Shown here piece after piece: positions 27,201 through 35,253 of a stretch of 64,000 nucleotides of DNA. The stretch's first letter is position 1. Each line of letters begins with the position of its first letter. This DNA is from a virus (taxonomy: Duplodnaviria > Caudoviricetes). The notes under the pieces are model-generated. The model saw nothing but the letters and a program-made list of their open reading frames with translations, ran no database searches and was not told the origin of the DNA. Location: IMG/VR virus record IMGVR_UViG_3300031414_000005. One strand, written 5' to 3'. The translations under genes were made by a program, and so were the position numbers.

Positions 27201-27461
27201 GGTGAACTCGATATGTCTCTGGGTAACTCTTTTGAGATTGATGCGAGTGCTAACCGTTCCATCACCTTTAAGAATGCCCCAGCGGGTCGTTCACAAATGT
27301 TGGTGGTAACCTTCAAAGGCAACGCCGGCACAATCGGCTGGCCGACCAGTGTGGCTTGGTCCGATGGCACGACCCCGACGTACGCAGCAACGCGTACTGT
27401 CATTGTTGTGTACTGGGATGGCACCAACTACACCGCGACGGATTCCATGCACGTCGGTTAA
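24240..27461 (+). CDS. long tail fibre protein with SAY(E/Q)-GF-W repeats and collagen-like linkers
   Basis: 18 counted copies of G.SAY(E/Q).AV..GF.G....W...L, G-x-y triplets, six interspersed RILG..DLP..GD.Y..W-type modules; followed by a chaperone-like gene. Confidence 0.85.
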   Translation: MSETSKYPLATVLNPDDTVQGLQKDPATGKWINTNFKLDLLKGLNGKSAYELAVDNGFVGTEQEWLDSILGANAYEVAKLNGYKGTAQEWLASLKGKSSYEIAVEQGFQGTEADFLTSLKGDVGDPGESAYQVAVKEGFVGTEADWLKSLVGKAGVRILGPLNKVSDLPDPTKQVEGDTYVIQGHFWSIVKNNQNQLAWQDIGNFLGPVGASAYQVAVDNGFQGTELEWLDSIRGQDGIGLRILGSFQDVSNLPQPGTNNGDTYIIKEKMYVWDGTQWSTVGQVGPQGKSAYQSAVSAGFQGTEAQWLKTLIGKSAYQTALDNGFTGSESDWLTAMKIKGDKGDDGDSAYEVAVKEGFVGDEAAWLQSLKVKGDQGEPSYAIRTLGKKADESELPRDGSQALGDAYWIGTDLHVWDGTDWENLGSIKGENGLSAFEVAVAEGYKGTTAEWLASLKGGKGDDGDDGASAYQLAVKNGFVGTEAQWLASLKVKGDQGDSAYQVAVANGFTGDEAAWLLSLKGNPGDPAPAVNLIDRITDKNDLPATGNNTNDAYFVNKELYVWRNGAWVSFGDLSGPAGESAYELAVAAGFVGDQQAWFDSLKVKGDKGDDGDSAYEVAVKNGFQGDVTAWLASLKVKGDPGPSAYDAAVAEGFQGTRAQWLASLNGKTAYQTALDNGFQGTEAQWLASLVGATGKSAYQSAVDNGYTGTEADWLKTLVGKQGEDAYQVALKEGFTGDRAAWLDSLKVKGDKGDDGEPSPGIYIDGEVAQESDLPAGGADLGHGYLINGDYWYYRRSDSTWQNAGPIRGEKGGKGDPGDDGKSAYEVAQANGFTGSEADWLVSLKGNPGDKGEQGTIWIVLSRDPQATDGRKGDYYFNMVDQQVYVKTSATAWSSLGHIGGGNLYDAAHDDVKRVLQNGAWVAVAIDSDAVKDGTPYVRQDNGWVKLALSQTLIAGTLPANADAAGQYLLTKNGWVRLDHYDLKVIASTGELDMSLGNSFEIDASANRSITFKNAPAGRSQMLVVTFKGNAGTIGWPTSVAWSDGTTPTYAATRTVIVVYWDGTNYTATDSMHVG
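24363..26780 (+). repeat. intragenic degenerate tandem repeats of the fibre gene (boundaries approximate)
   Basis: Recurring GC(C/G/T)TA(T/C)(G/C)AG codon blocks; near-identical GATGACGGTGACAG(C/T)GC(C/G)TATGA at two places. Confidence 0.8.
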
Positions 27462-27468
27462 CCGTAAT

Positions 27469-27500
27469 GAGGTGGGGTCTGTACGACCCACTCTCTTTTT
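27469..27500 (+). terminator. intrinsic terminator
   Basis: GAGGTGGGGTC..GACCCACTCTC followed by a T run. Confidence 0.6.
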
Positions 27501-27511
27501 AAGGAGCCATT

Positions 27512-28252
27512 ATGGCTGATACAATTGATCCATCCAAACAACCGTTGGTTTACGGCAACACCCCGTTGATCAAAGTTGAAGCAGCCAGTGACATGTTCAC
27601 CCCTGCTTATGAAGTTCCGCTGCACACCTACCCGAAATATTTCAGCGATGTTTTTGGGACAGACCGTGAGTTCAGCAACGTCATGCCACCACAACAAGTG
27701 TCGGCGAAAAACCTGCTGGATTTTGGTTATGCCCCGGTCTACGAAACCGACCGACCTTCTGAAGAGCAACAAGTCGTAACAGAAGGTCAGCCGGTGCTCG
27801 GTGACGACGGTCTGTGGTACCGCACCTGGGAAACCCGCCCGTTCAATGACGAAGAGATCGCGTCGCGGTTGCAAATCGCCAAGGACAATGCCAACAACAA
27901 CCTGACCCGTGCTCAAGTCGACACCTTTGCTCAAGGTATCAAGCACGACTTCACGGACGGTGAGTCCACCACCACCCTGCACATCGCGGTGGATAACGGT
28001 GAACGGGGCAATGTCGTGGCGTTGGGCTTCCAGGCCAAATACCGCATGGAAAAGTCCATTGACGACAAATTGTCTATCCGCACCATCGAGGGCAATGTCT
28101 TTGATCTGGAACCCAGTGCGATGTACGACCTGGTCTACGATGTGACCACCAAGTACCAGGCGGTGCTGGACCATGTCTGGACCCTGCGTAATGAGATCAC
28201 GGCGGCGGCGGATATCGCCAGCATGCCAACGATCCCTGAGATCCTTGAGTAA
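27512..28252 (+). CDS. putative tail fibre assembly chaperone
   Basis: YAPV..TDRP, EGQPV..DG.WYRTW and C-terminal W.LR.EI.AA.D pattern; directly after the fibre gene. Confidence 0.65.
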   Translation: MADTIDPSKQPLVYGNTPLIKVEAASDMFTPAYEVPLHTYPKYFSDVFGTDREFSNVMPPQQVSAKNLLDFGYAPVYETDRPSEEQQVVTEGQPVLGDDGLWYRTWETRPFNDEEIASRLQIAKDNANNNLTRAQVDTFAQGIKHDFTDGESTTTLHIAVDNGERGNVVALGFQAKYRMEKSIDDKLSIRTIEGNVFDLEPSAMYDLVYDVTTKYQAVLDHVWTLRNEITAAADIASMPTIPEILE

Positions 28253-28263
28253 TCAGTAAACCC

Positions 28264-28289
28264 GAGGAGAGGCAGTGCCTCTCCTCTTT
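28264..28289 (+). terminator. intrinsic terminator
   Basis: GAGGAGAGGC-AGT-GCCTCTCCTC-TTT. Confidence 0.85.
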
Positions 28290-28308
28290 AATGCGAACGC
28301 CATTGCTA

Positions 28309-28316
28309 ATTCTATG
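28309..28316 (+). promoter_or_regulatory. candidate late promoter (ATTCTATG)
   Basis: TATG core; same 8-mer at 58165 (-). Confidence 0.5.
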
Positions 28317-28357
28317 TTCGCACACCCCCTTTTAATAATGACCGATTAGGATTACCC

Positions 28358-29173
28358 ATGGCCGATTTAACCCCTCGTGATTCATTTGATTTGGTGTTAA
28401 ACCTGATCAAACGTGAGAGCCGCATTAACGGTGACGTGGCTCACAATGAAAACGTGGACTTGCTCAGCAAACAAACGATCGACCTGGTTGATCTGAGCTC
28501 GTCTTATGACCCGGTGACCGGCTTGGTCCACCGCCCCTCCCAGTGTTATATCGAACCGATCCCCGGCAAAGGTTTCAAGTACCGTCGTCGGGTTAACTAC
28601 CGCCGCCTGGACATGACTGAAATCTGGGGTGACACCATCAAAGCACTGGACGTTCCCAATGCGGTGATGTTGTCCGACCTGCTGCCGAAGTTTGAAGCCT
28701 TAACCGGCATCACCATTAAACCGTATGAGATCTACGACGAAGAGATCGAGTACCCGGTGGACGGTTCTGTCCCTACCGTGGTGATCCGTATCCGTACCGA
28801 TGTGTCCCTGGCGTGGATTGGTGAACTGGTTGTGTTGGTCGGTCCGTCACAAGACCTCGGGATTGATCTGGCCGATGTCATCAAGAACGTCGAGCTCGAT
28901 GGCCTGAAAATGATCCAGCCGGAAGACAACGGTAAAACCTCTGCGGAGATTTTCTCGTTTGATACAGACAGCTCCGTGATCAAACCGTACCTCATCACCC
29001 TGAACGTCGGCGATATCCTTGACGAAGAAGAACTGCGGGACGAAGTCCTGAAAGCTTTCCCGGATTACGCCTGGGTGGTCAGCGAGCAATTGGTGGACTT
29101 CAACCTGAACGGGGCTACCGTTGAGTATGCGGGGATCAACGACGAATCTGTACCCAACAATAACCTGGCGTAA
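28358..29173 (+). CDS. virion structural protein (paralog family)
   Basis: VNYRRLDMTEIW; IDLADVI...LDGL tail similar to QLDMII...MDGL in 21534. Confidence 0.75.
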   Translation: MADLTPRDSFDLVLNLIKRESRINGDVAHNENVDLLSKQTIDLVDLSSSYDPVTGLVHRPSQCYIEPIPGKGFKYRRRVNYRRLDMTEIWGDTIKALDVPNAVMLSDLLPKFEALTGITIKPYEIYDEEIEYPVDGSVPTVVIRIRTDVSLAWIGELVVLVGPSQDLGIDLADVIKNVELDGLKMIQPEDNGKTSAEIFSFDTDSSVIKPYLITLNVGDILDEEELRDEVLKAFPDYAWVVSEQLVDFNLNGATVEYAGINDESVPNNNLA

Positions 29174-29257
29174 AAAAAACGTTGTCAGCATCCGTTTAAG
29201 CGACGATTACAGCAAGAACCTCACAGGTTGTCTGAACCTGTATTACAACTGATAACC

Positions 29258-29283
29258 GGGACTCACTGCGGTGGGTCCCTTTC
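29258..29283 (+). terminator. intrinsic terminator
   Basis: GGGACTCAC-TGCG-GTGGGTCCC-TTT. Confidence 0.75.
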
Positions 29284-29294
29284 AGGCAATTGAG

Positions 29295-29330
29295 TTAGAG
29301 ATATTTGAACATCTACATTATCCCTGTGTA
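29295..29330 (+). promoter_or_regulatory. candidate early promoter variant
   Basis: CTACATTAT-N4-GTGTA upstream of dut. Confidence 0.45.
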
Positions 29331-29381
29331 ATCACATACATCTTTCAATGATAGTACGTAAATTCACACAGGACGAAAACC

Positions 29382-30320
29382 ATGTCACAGTTAGAAATCG
29401 ATGTAGAGATCCTCGACCCCCGTTACAAAACCGGCGAGTTCCAGATGCCGTGCTACAAGACCGAAGGGTCTGCGGGCATGGACTTAATCGCGGCCATCGA
29501 CAAACCTATCACGCTCAGTCCGGGTGAAACGACGCTGATTCCAACGGGTCTGAAACTCGCCATTCGTAATCCGCAGTTTGTCGGTCTGGTGTTCCCGCGT
29601 TCTGGTCTGGGTCACAAGAAAGGTCTGGTGCTGGGTAACCTTACTGGTGTCATTGATTCGGACTATGAAGGCCAATTGATGGTGTCGCTGTGGAACCGGA
29701 CTCCAACCGGTTCTGTTCCTGCACCGCCGGATTCTCCGGATTACCCGAACTGGCTGCCGATTGGCAACGATGTGGTGATCAACCCGGGTGACAGCATTGC
29801 CCAGTACGTGGTGGTGCCCGTTATCCAGGCCTCGTTGAATGTGGTGGATTCGCTGGAGTCGGCGGGTCAACGCGGTGAAGGTGGTTTTGGTTCTACCGAC
29901 TTATTAAAGGTCATCAACACGGTACAGCTTAATGGGACCACTACGTTAGTCGTACTGAGTGACAATTCCAGTCACCATGTACCTCTTGACTTTAGCTGGC
30001 GGTTGGGGGAGCGCGTTGAGGTAGTCGCCCCTAACAATCTCAAACGTATCCACCCTTCCATGTATCAGACGCCGACCATTGCTGGCGTCTACTCGGTGGC
30101 TGTCGTCCAACATGACGGGAGTGGCAGAGAATTCAGCACCCTGACCCTCTCTCCGGCCGGTGCTTGCCAAATCTATGCACCGGGTGTGCAGCTCGGTGAT
30201 CGGATCTACCAAACCACGGAAGGGTTTTGTCTCACTCTTGACCAGGTGTTGGCGTCAGCCAAAGCGGGCAGTCTAAACGTCGCCGGCGACCTGGATGTTC
30301 CTGAACTTTTCGATCGCTAA
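29382..30320 (+). CDS. dut: trimeric dUTPase with insertion and C-terminal fused domain
   Basis: AGMDL, PRSGLG, GVIDSDYEG, GDSIAQ and RGEGGFGST motifs; about 140 extra C-terminal residues. Confidence 0.92.
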   Translation: MSQLEIDVEILDPRYKTGEFQMPCYKTEGSAGMDLIAAIDKPITLSPGETTLIPTGLKLAIRNPQFVGLVFPRSGLGHKKGLVLGNLTGVIDSDYEGQLMVSLWNRTPTGSVPAPPDSPDYPNWLPIGNDVVINPGDSIAQYVVVPVIQASLNVVDSLESAGQRGEGGFGSTDLLKVINTVQLNGTTTLVVLSDNSSHHVPLDFSWRLGERVEVVAPNNLKRIHPSMYQTPTIAGVYSVAVVQHDGSGREFSTLTLSPAGACQIYAPGVQLGDRIYQTTEGFCLTLDQVLASAKAGSLNVAGDLDVPELFDR

Positions 30321-30329
30321 GGAGCGACC

Positions 30330-30578
30330 ATGCGTAATTATCAATGTCACAAGCAAGTTGAAGCCGGTAAAATCGTCAAGATCATCAATCCACAAAGCGG
30401 CCCGTTTGCGGCGGTGATTACGGATACCGATGGTAGTGAAGTGAAAGTCGAGCAGCTTTTTCTCGACCAGCACAAACCGGCAATCGGCGGTTACCTGGTG
30501 CGTTATCCCAACGGTTATCTGTCGTATTCACCGGCTGAGCCATTTGAAAGCGGCTACAGCGAAATCGTTGAAGAGTAA
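30330..30578 (+). CDS. small conserved phage protein (GYLV.Y.xGY.S.SP..FE.GY family)
   Basis: MRNYQCHKQV...GGYLVRYPNGYLSYSPAEPFESGY; AGGAG RBS. Confidence 0.75.
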   Translation: MRNYQCHKQVEAGKIVKIINPQSGPFAAVITDTDGSEVKVEQLFLDQHKPAIGGYLVRYPNGYLSYSPAEPFESGYSEIVEE

Positions 30579-30587
30579 TATCTCCTC

Positions 30588-30617
30588 AGGCTTCCTGCTT
30601 CGGTGGGAAGCCTTTTT
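30588..30617 (+). terminator. intrinsic terminator
   Basis: AGGCTTCCTGC-TTCG-GTGGGAAGCCT-TTTT. Confidence 0.85.
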
Positions 30618-30648
30618 AATGGTTGACTGTAATAAGAAGGACTTTCCA

Positions 30649-31002
30649 ATGCTAATCAAGAATGCGTTTGCAGTGCGTTTCTTTAAGAAAGACATTATCG
30701 ATGAACGCACCCCCACGGTGTTCAATTGCCAGGACAGTGGACATATCGACTTGGTGATTAACACTGATGACCGGGTGCGTTTAGAAGAGTTTGCTGAGCG
30801 GCCTGATCTACCCGTGGTGCTTACCCCGGCGTACATTAAAGCCGAACATCAAACACCCATGTTTGCCCGTATCTCACTGAGTTATTCGCAACCGCTGGAC
30901 ATGGTGCATTTCAGTCTGACTGATCCCAGCAAAACACACCCAAGCATCATGAGCACTTCCATTGACACGTTTCGCCGTCTGGTAAGACGCCTGAACGACT
31001 AA
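30649..31002 (+). CDS. hypothetical protein
   Basis: AAGGA RBS before ATG 30649. Confidence 0.7.
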   Translation: MLIKNAFAVRFFKKDIIDERTPTVFNCQDSGHIDLVINTDDRVRLEEFAERPDLPVVLTPAYIKAEHQTPMFARISLSYSQPLDMVHFSLTDPSKTHPSIMSTSIDTFRRLVRRLND

Positions 31003-31030
31003 CCCCATCCTTCCAACAGAGAGGTTTACC

Positions 31031-31444
31031 ATGAAAGAAACATTGTTTGTTTCCCAGTCCAAGCCTGTGGTTGCCGCGCTCTCTCTTGTTGTTGAGCAAT
31101 TGCGCGGTGACCAGGTGTTCTTTCCCGTTGTCCAACGCAACCAGACGGAACACGAGGACGGACTGACACGTATCTGCAACCCGGGTCAAATCCTGGGTGG
31201 TGTGAACGTGACGGACATCTACGTCCAACAAGACGGGTCAGTGGCATCGCTGACTTTCCGGTCGTTTAACCCTTTCTTTGTAAACGTCACTGACGCGGAC
31301 TACGTGTTCCATGTGAAAGAGCATGGCCACACCGTGGAATACCGTAACGAAGAAATCGGCAAAGTGCTTGCCGAACAAGGTAACCCGACCTTCACCCTCT
31401 ACTGCATCATTATTAAAGAACGAGGCAGCTTCCATGACGAGTGA
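31031..31444 (+). CDS. hypothetical protein
   Basis: GAGG RBS. Confidence 0.7.
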   Translation: MKETLFVSQSKPVVAALSLVVEQLRGDQVFFPVVQRNQTEHEDGLTRICNPGQILGGVNVTDIYVQQDGSVASLTFRSFNPFFVNVTDADYVFHVKEHGHTVEYRNEEIGKVLAEQGNPTFTLYCIIIKERGSFHDE

Positions 31445-31946
31445 ACCCAAACCCGCTGTACTGGCGCTTGATTACTTTGTCGATGAACTGGCAAAAAGTG
31501 TGCGTGATCAGGTGGCAACACGCCTTAACCCCGGTCAGTACCCGGATTGCATGATGCAGCCAGAGAACTACCCTTACATCGGGGCGTATTACAGTCACCG
31601 ACTCGGCACGGAATTCATCTTTGAAGTGCACTCCGCAACCAGTTTAAAACTGGACATTTCGTCGTATGGTACATGGGTTAATTGCAATGGCGGTGGTTTT
31701 GTCCATCAGTTCCAAAGCGCATTACTCCATTACCTGCCGAATTGCGAGGCACGTCTGGGTGACACCGTTTGGTTGCCAGCCAAAGTGGCGCACTCCCCGT
31801 CCCTCACCTGTACCTTAACCCTAACCCTAAAGAAGGACACCCGACCCGTTGAAAGCAGAACCCGCAAAAGTCTACGTTCTGTACAAGAACCAGACCCCGG
31901 TGACTTTGCCAACGCTTTCCTTGGCAACAGCGCTGCGTTCATTTGA
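31434..31946 (+). CDS. hypothetical protein
   Basis: GAGG RBS; overlaps the upstream stop. Confidence 0.65.
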   Translation: MTSEPKPAVLALDYFVDELAKSVRDQVATRLNPGQYPDCMMQPENYPYIGAYYSHRLGTEFIFEVHSATSLKLDISSYGTWVNCNGGGFVHQFQSALLHYLPNCEARLGDTVWLPAKVAHSPSLTCTLTLTLKKDTRPVESRTRKSLRSVQEPDPGDFANAFLGNSAAFI

Positions 31947-32051
31947 GAAAGCTGTACACCATAACCGCGCAGGGTTCACCCTGCGTTTGGTTGTGAAATC
32001 TGAAACCGGTGCCATTGAGTTGGCACACAGTCCTTTATAAGGAGATACCCG

Positions 32052-32591
32052 ATGAAAAACGTTTCTGCGGTCAAGACCAAGCGTATTCGTCGTTACACAG
32101 GAAGTGAAGCCGATCACCTCATCGCGAATGATGGGGTGGAGTTTTTCAATATATTCTCCGGCGGTAAAACCCGTTTGGGGCGACTCGCCACGCACTTCGC
32201 CAACACCCCGATTGACCACCCCCGCTTTGGTTATTTCAAATCCCTGGAGGGGTTGTACTACTGGTTGATTGCCGAGGTCAAGGATGAGTCACTGCGTCGA
32301 CTCGATGGCTGGGAAGCTAAGAAACACGGCCGTACATTACCGGCCGTGTATGTTGATAACTTAATCGAGCTGATGGACGAAGCAAACCGCCTCAAGGTTG
32401 CGCAACACCCAGAGCTAAAAGAACTCTTACGCAACAGCACTTTGCCATTCAGACACTTCTATTACTACGGTAAACGCCCAGGTAAATATGTGGTGTATGA
32501 ATCTGAGGAGGACTGGCTGTGCACTATCTACACTCGTATTCGAGAGGAGTTACATAATGAAACCGTTTCACCGGGAACTGACGGAGGCTGA
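32052..32591 (+). CDS. NADAR-like (T4 gp30.3/YbiA-related) protein
   Basis: LATHFANTP, FKSLEGLYYWL, EAKKHGR and KVAQHPELKELL parallel the NADAR motifs SNF, LEG, A.K.GR and QHPEL..LL. Confidence 0.6.
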   Translation: MKNVSAVKTKRIRRYTGSEADHLIANDGVEFFNIFSGGKTRLGRLATHFANTPIDHPRFGYFKSLEGLYYWLIAEVKDESLRRLDGWEAKKHGRTLPAVYVDNLIELMDEANRLKVAQHPELKELLRNSTLPFRHFYYYGKRPGKYVVYESEEDWLCTIYTRIREELHNETVSPGTDGG

Positions 32592-32706
32592 GCAGAGAGA
32601 AATGCAAATGGTAAAGTGGATCGACCGAATTCTAAACCTGCTGCTGATCATGGCATTTGCTGTGCTCGGTTACGCCATCTATATTTACGAGCCACCGCTC
32701 TGGTAA
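32557..32706 (+). CDS. 49-aa membrane microprotein
   Basis: GAGGAG RBS; TM segment ILNLLLIMAFAVLGYAIYIY. Confidence 0.6.
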   Translation: MKPFHRELTEAEQREMQMVKWIDRILNLLLIMAFAVLGYAIYIYEPPLW

Positions 32707-32961
32707 GTTCTGTAAAGAGTCATTGGCTCAAGCAGGAACCTGAGCTGAAGACTTTTGAGGAACTGGTTGCGGAATACAAAGCATTTGAGGCTGACTTTGA
32801 AGCAACGATCATCACCCTCACATTGGTGGCATTCACAACGGTATTGGTCTATTGGGTTTTTGCTTAATTATAGGACAAGAGACAACATCCTGTCGCAAGT
32901 ATAATTGATTATAAACCTCTGGGCGGCACTTGTGTCCGTTAACACTCTAGGAAGCGCAACC

Positions 32962-33654
32962 ATGAAATGGTTTGACCATTTATTTCATAGAGAGGAACCA
33001 ACCATGTCTGACCCAAACCAGACCTCTTCCAATGCCACACCTACCACCTCTGCTGATGCAGCGCCTGTGATCGATACTCAAGCAGCGCCGGCAACCAGCA
33101 CTTCCAATGATCAACCAGTCGCTGATGTAGTGGCCCCGGCCGCTACGCCTGTTGTCGCTTCTGCGGAGCCTATCGGGCCTGTCCGTAGCGCCACTCCGGT
33201 GTCCACTGCGCAATTGCAAAGTGCGGCCCAGAAGCTCCAGCACGTCAGCGAAGGCGTGACCATTGCTGCTGCAAATGGCACTCTGCCAGATGCGATTGCC
33301 ACCCAGGCGACCGAGGTCGTCACGGAGGCAGCAGCCGCGGTTCAACAACTGGTTCAGGAAGAAGTAAAGGATGTGGGGGAGCAAGTGAAAGGTGAAGTGA
33401 TCGATGAGATCGACAAAGCAGTAAACCAGGTTGCAGAAAGTTCGAATACCCTGATGGATCGGCTCAAACTGATGCTGACGGAAGCGAACGACACCATCCA
33501 TGATGGTTGGGATGAAGCGGTGGAAATCGCTAACACCATGACCAAAGACGAAAAGGAGATGCCAGAGAAAGTTGCCCTGGTCTTCGGTACCGTCGGTCAT
33601 GAGGTTTCTGACAACTATCGCCGATTTGCTGCGTTCCTGAAAAAATACCTGTAA
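32962..33654 (+). CDS. acidic Ala/Thr-rich protein with internal start at 33004
   Basis: AGGA RBS; low-complexity N-half. Confidence 0.75.
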   Translation: MKWFDHLFHREEPTMSDPNQTSSNATPTTSADAAPVIDTQAAPATSTSNDQPVADVVAPAATPVVASAEPIGPVRSATPVSTAQLQSAAQKLQHVSEGVTIAAANGTLPDAIATQATEVVTEAAAAVQQLVQEEVKDVGEQVKGEVIDEIDKAVNQVAESSNTLMDRLKLMLTEANDTIHDGWDEAVEIANTMTKDEKEMPEKVALVFGTVGHEVSDNYRRFAAFLKKYL

Positions 33655-33659
33655 ATATT

Positions 33660-33685
33660 TGGGGCTCCGCGAGGGGCCTCTTTTT
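33660..33685 (+). terminator. intrinsic terminator
   Basis: GGGGCTCC-GCGA-GGGGCCTC-TTTTT. Confidence 0.7.
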
Positions 33686-33705
33686 AAGCCTGCTGTGAGG
33701 ACCTT

Positions 33706-34206
33706 ATGAATCAAACAACGGTATACGAAAATGTCAAGGGTGTGTTAGCTGTCAGCCCCACCCAGTCTGACGACCCCATGCTCCAGACATTAATCACCGC
33801 TTTCAATTCACAAGTGGGAATTTGTGTAACGAACATCACCTATAACACCGACGTTGATGGCAAGCAAAAGGTGGTGTTTGGCATGCTCTGTAACGACATG
33901 GGGAACGAGCTGCTGCATGTCATCTATCGCGATATCCTGGAGTCATTGGGCCGCCTGGGTAACGTGGGGGAGAACCAGTATGTGCTGAACCCGCGCGACG
34001 TTCGGTTGTTGCACCGTCCAGATGTCCTGCATCGCCCGAGCGGTAACATGGTGTATGACTCTGTGATGCTGGAGTTCGTTAACCTGGATACCGCCGCGTT
34101 TAACATGATGTTTTCGTTAGTCCTCAGTGCCAACACCGAAGCGGTCGCTCGTTGGAAAGCCATCGACCAAATCAACGGCATGTTCAAGACCCCGAAAACT
34201 AAATAA
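33706..34206 (+). CDS. hypothetical protein
   Basis: GAGGA RBS. Confidence 0.75.
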   Translation: MNQTTVYENVKGVLAVSPTQSDDPMLQTLITAFNSQVGICVTNITYNTDVDGKQKVVFGMLCNDMGNELLHVIYRDILESLGRLGNVGENQYVLNPRDVRLLHRPDVLHRPSGNMVYDSVMLEFVNLDTAAFNMMFSLVLSANTEAVARWKAIDQINGMFKTPKTK

Positions 34207-34287
34207 AAACATTATTTATCAATCCATTGAACCCAACACATGACTTGAGACACCCCGTCATCAAGCATGCATGATTAGGAGTCAACA

Positions 34288-34935
34288 ATGAACGCAGTAT
34301 TACGTTTAAGCAGTGTTCCGTCGAGTCAGACGCTCGGCAGTTTGTTTATCAATGCGCAATTGATCATCCACGATGAAACAGAAGGTCTTGTGGGTAAGTT
34401 TGCGGCTGACGGTTTCAGGGTTGCCAAGATCAAGGTGTTAGAAGCGGATGAAAATCCACCGAACCTCCCAACCACCCTGCCGGAAGTGGATCTGAATTAT
34501 CATGCTTATGTCCCGGCCACCCGGTTTGCTACCGATGGTACCAATCGCATCGTGGTGGTGCCGCTGAAAATCCGTGCCGACACGGCCCGCAGTCTGGTCA
34601 GCGTGCAAACCAACAGTTACAGTGAACTGGCGGTGATGGTGCGTCCATTGTTTATGGTCACACGTCGAAACAAGGCTGATTACAAACCCCTGGGCGAACC
34701 CACTTTCCATGATGTCGACTACGTGTATAAAAAGGAGTCAGACGACACGGACTACCAGGACGCGTTTAGGGACACCCAGCTTGTCCAGTTCGATGTTTTC
34801 GTGAAGAAGACCAATACGGACACGTTGGGTGATATCCTGTTCCCGGCCCAGGGCAACCTCAATCAAAATGGCGTAGCGGATGCCCCCGCTGTCAGTGCGA
34901 CCCACCCGGTGGAGCTTAACCCCACCAAGGAGTAA
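34288..34935 (+). CDS. hypothetical protein
   Basis: AGGAG RBS. Confidence 0.75.
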   Translation: MNAVLRLSSVPSSQTLGSLFINAQLIIHDETEGLVGKFAADGFRVAKIKVLEADENPPNLPTTLPEVDLNYHAYVPATRFATDGTNRIVVVPLKIRADTARSLVSVQTNSYSELAVMVRPLFMVTRRNKADYKPLGEPTFHDVDYVYKKESDDTDYQDAFRDTQLVQFDVFVKKTNTDTLGDILFPAQGNLNQNGVADAPAVSATHPVELNPTKE

Positions 34936-34937
34936 TT

Positions 34938-35252
34938 ATGCCCTTCACTGTGACGTTCTACGCTCACAATGATGACGGTGCTCCCCAGCTTCAAGGTGTC
35001 TGCAATTACGATTGCGATAACGGTCTGGATGTTCAGGCCGTTTTAAAAGACCTCAGTGATGAACTGTTGGAGAAAAACACCGAAGAGGGGTTTAGCCCGT
35101 CTAATGTTGTCACGGGTGATGTCCTGTCGTTTCACTACACAGTCGGCTTAGATAAAGACCTGAACCGTGTCATCAATTGGTTGATGAAAGTGTGTCATTG
35201 GCGACTGTATGGCTTTCACCAGGCAAAGCATCCTTATCCTTCGGACGACTAA
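34938..35252 (+). CDS. hypothetical protein
   Basis: AGGAG RBS. Confidence 0.7.
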   Translation: MPFTVTFYAHNDDGAPQLQGVCNYDCDNGLDVQAVLKDLSDELLEKNTEEGFSPSNVVTGDVLSFHYTVGLDKDLNRVINWLMKVCHWRLYGFHQAKHPYPSDD

Positions 35253-35253
35253 C

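Noticed and set aside
24240-27461. DNA repeats as a CRISPR array or diversity-generating element
   Set aside because: The repeats are degenerate, in frame and codon-periodic inside one long ORF; there is no spacer pattern and no reverse transcriptase.
32616-32867. Track ORF as a full gene
   Set aside because: The 5' half overlaps the 32557 microprotein. Only the hydrophobic 3' part looks coding, and it has no ATG/GTG start.
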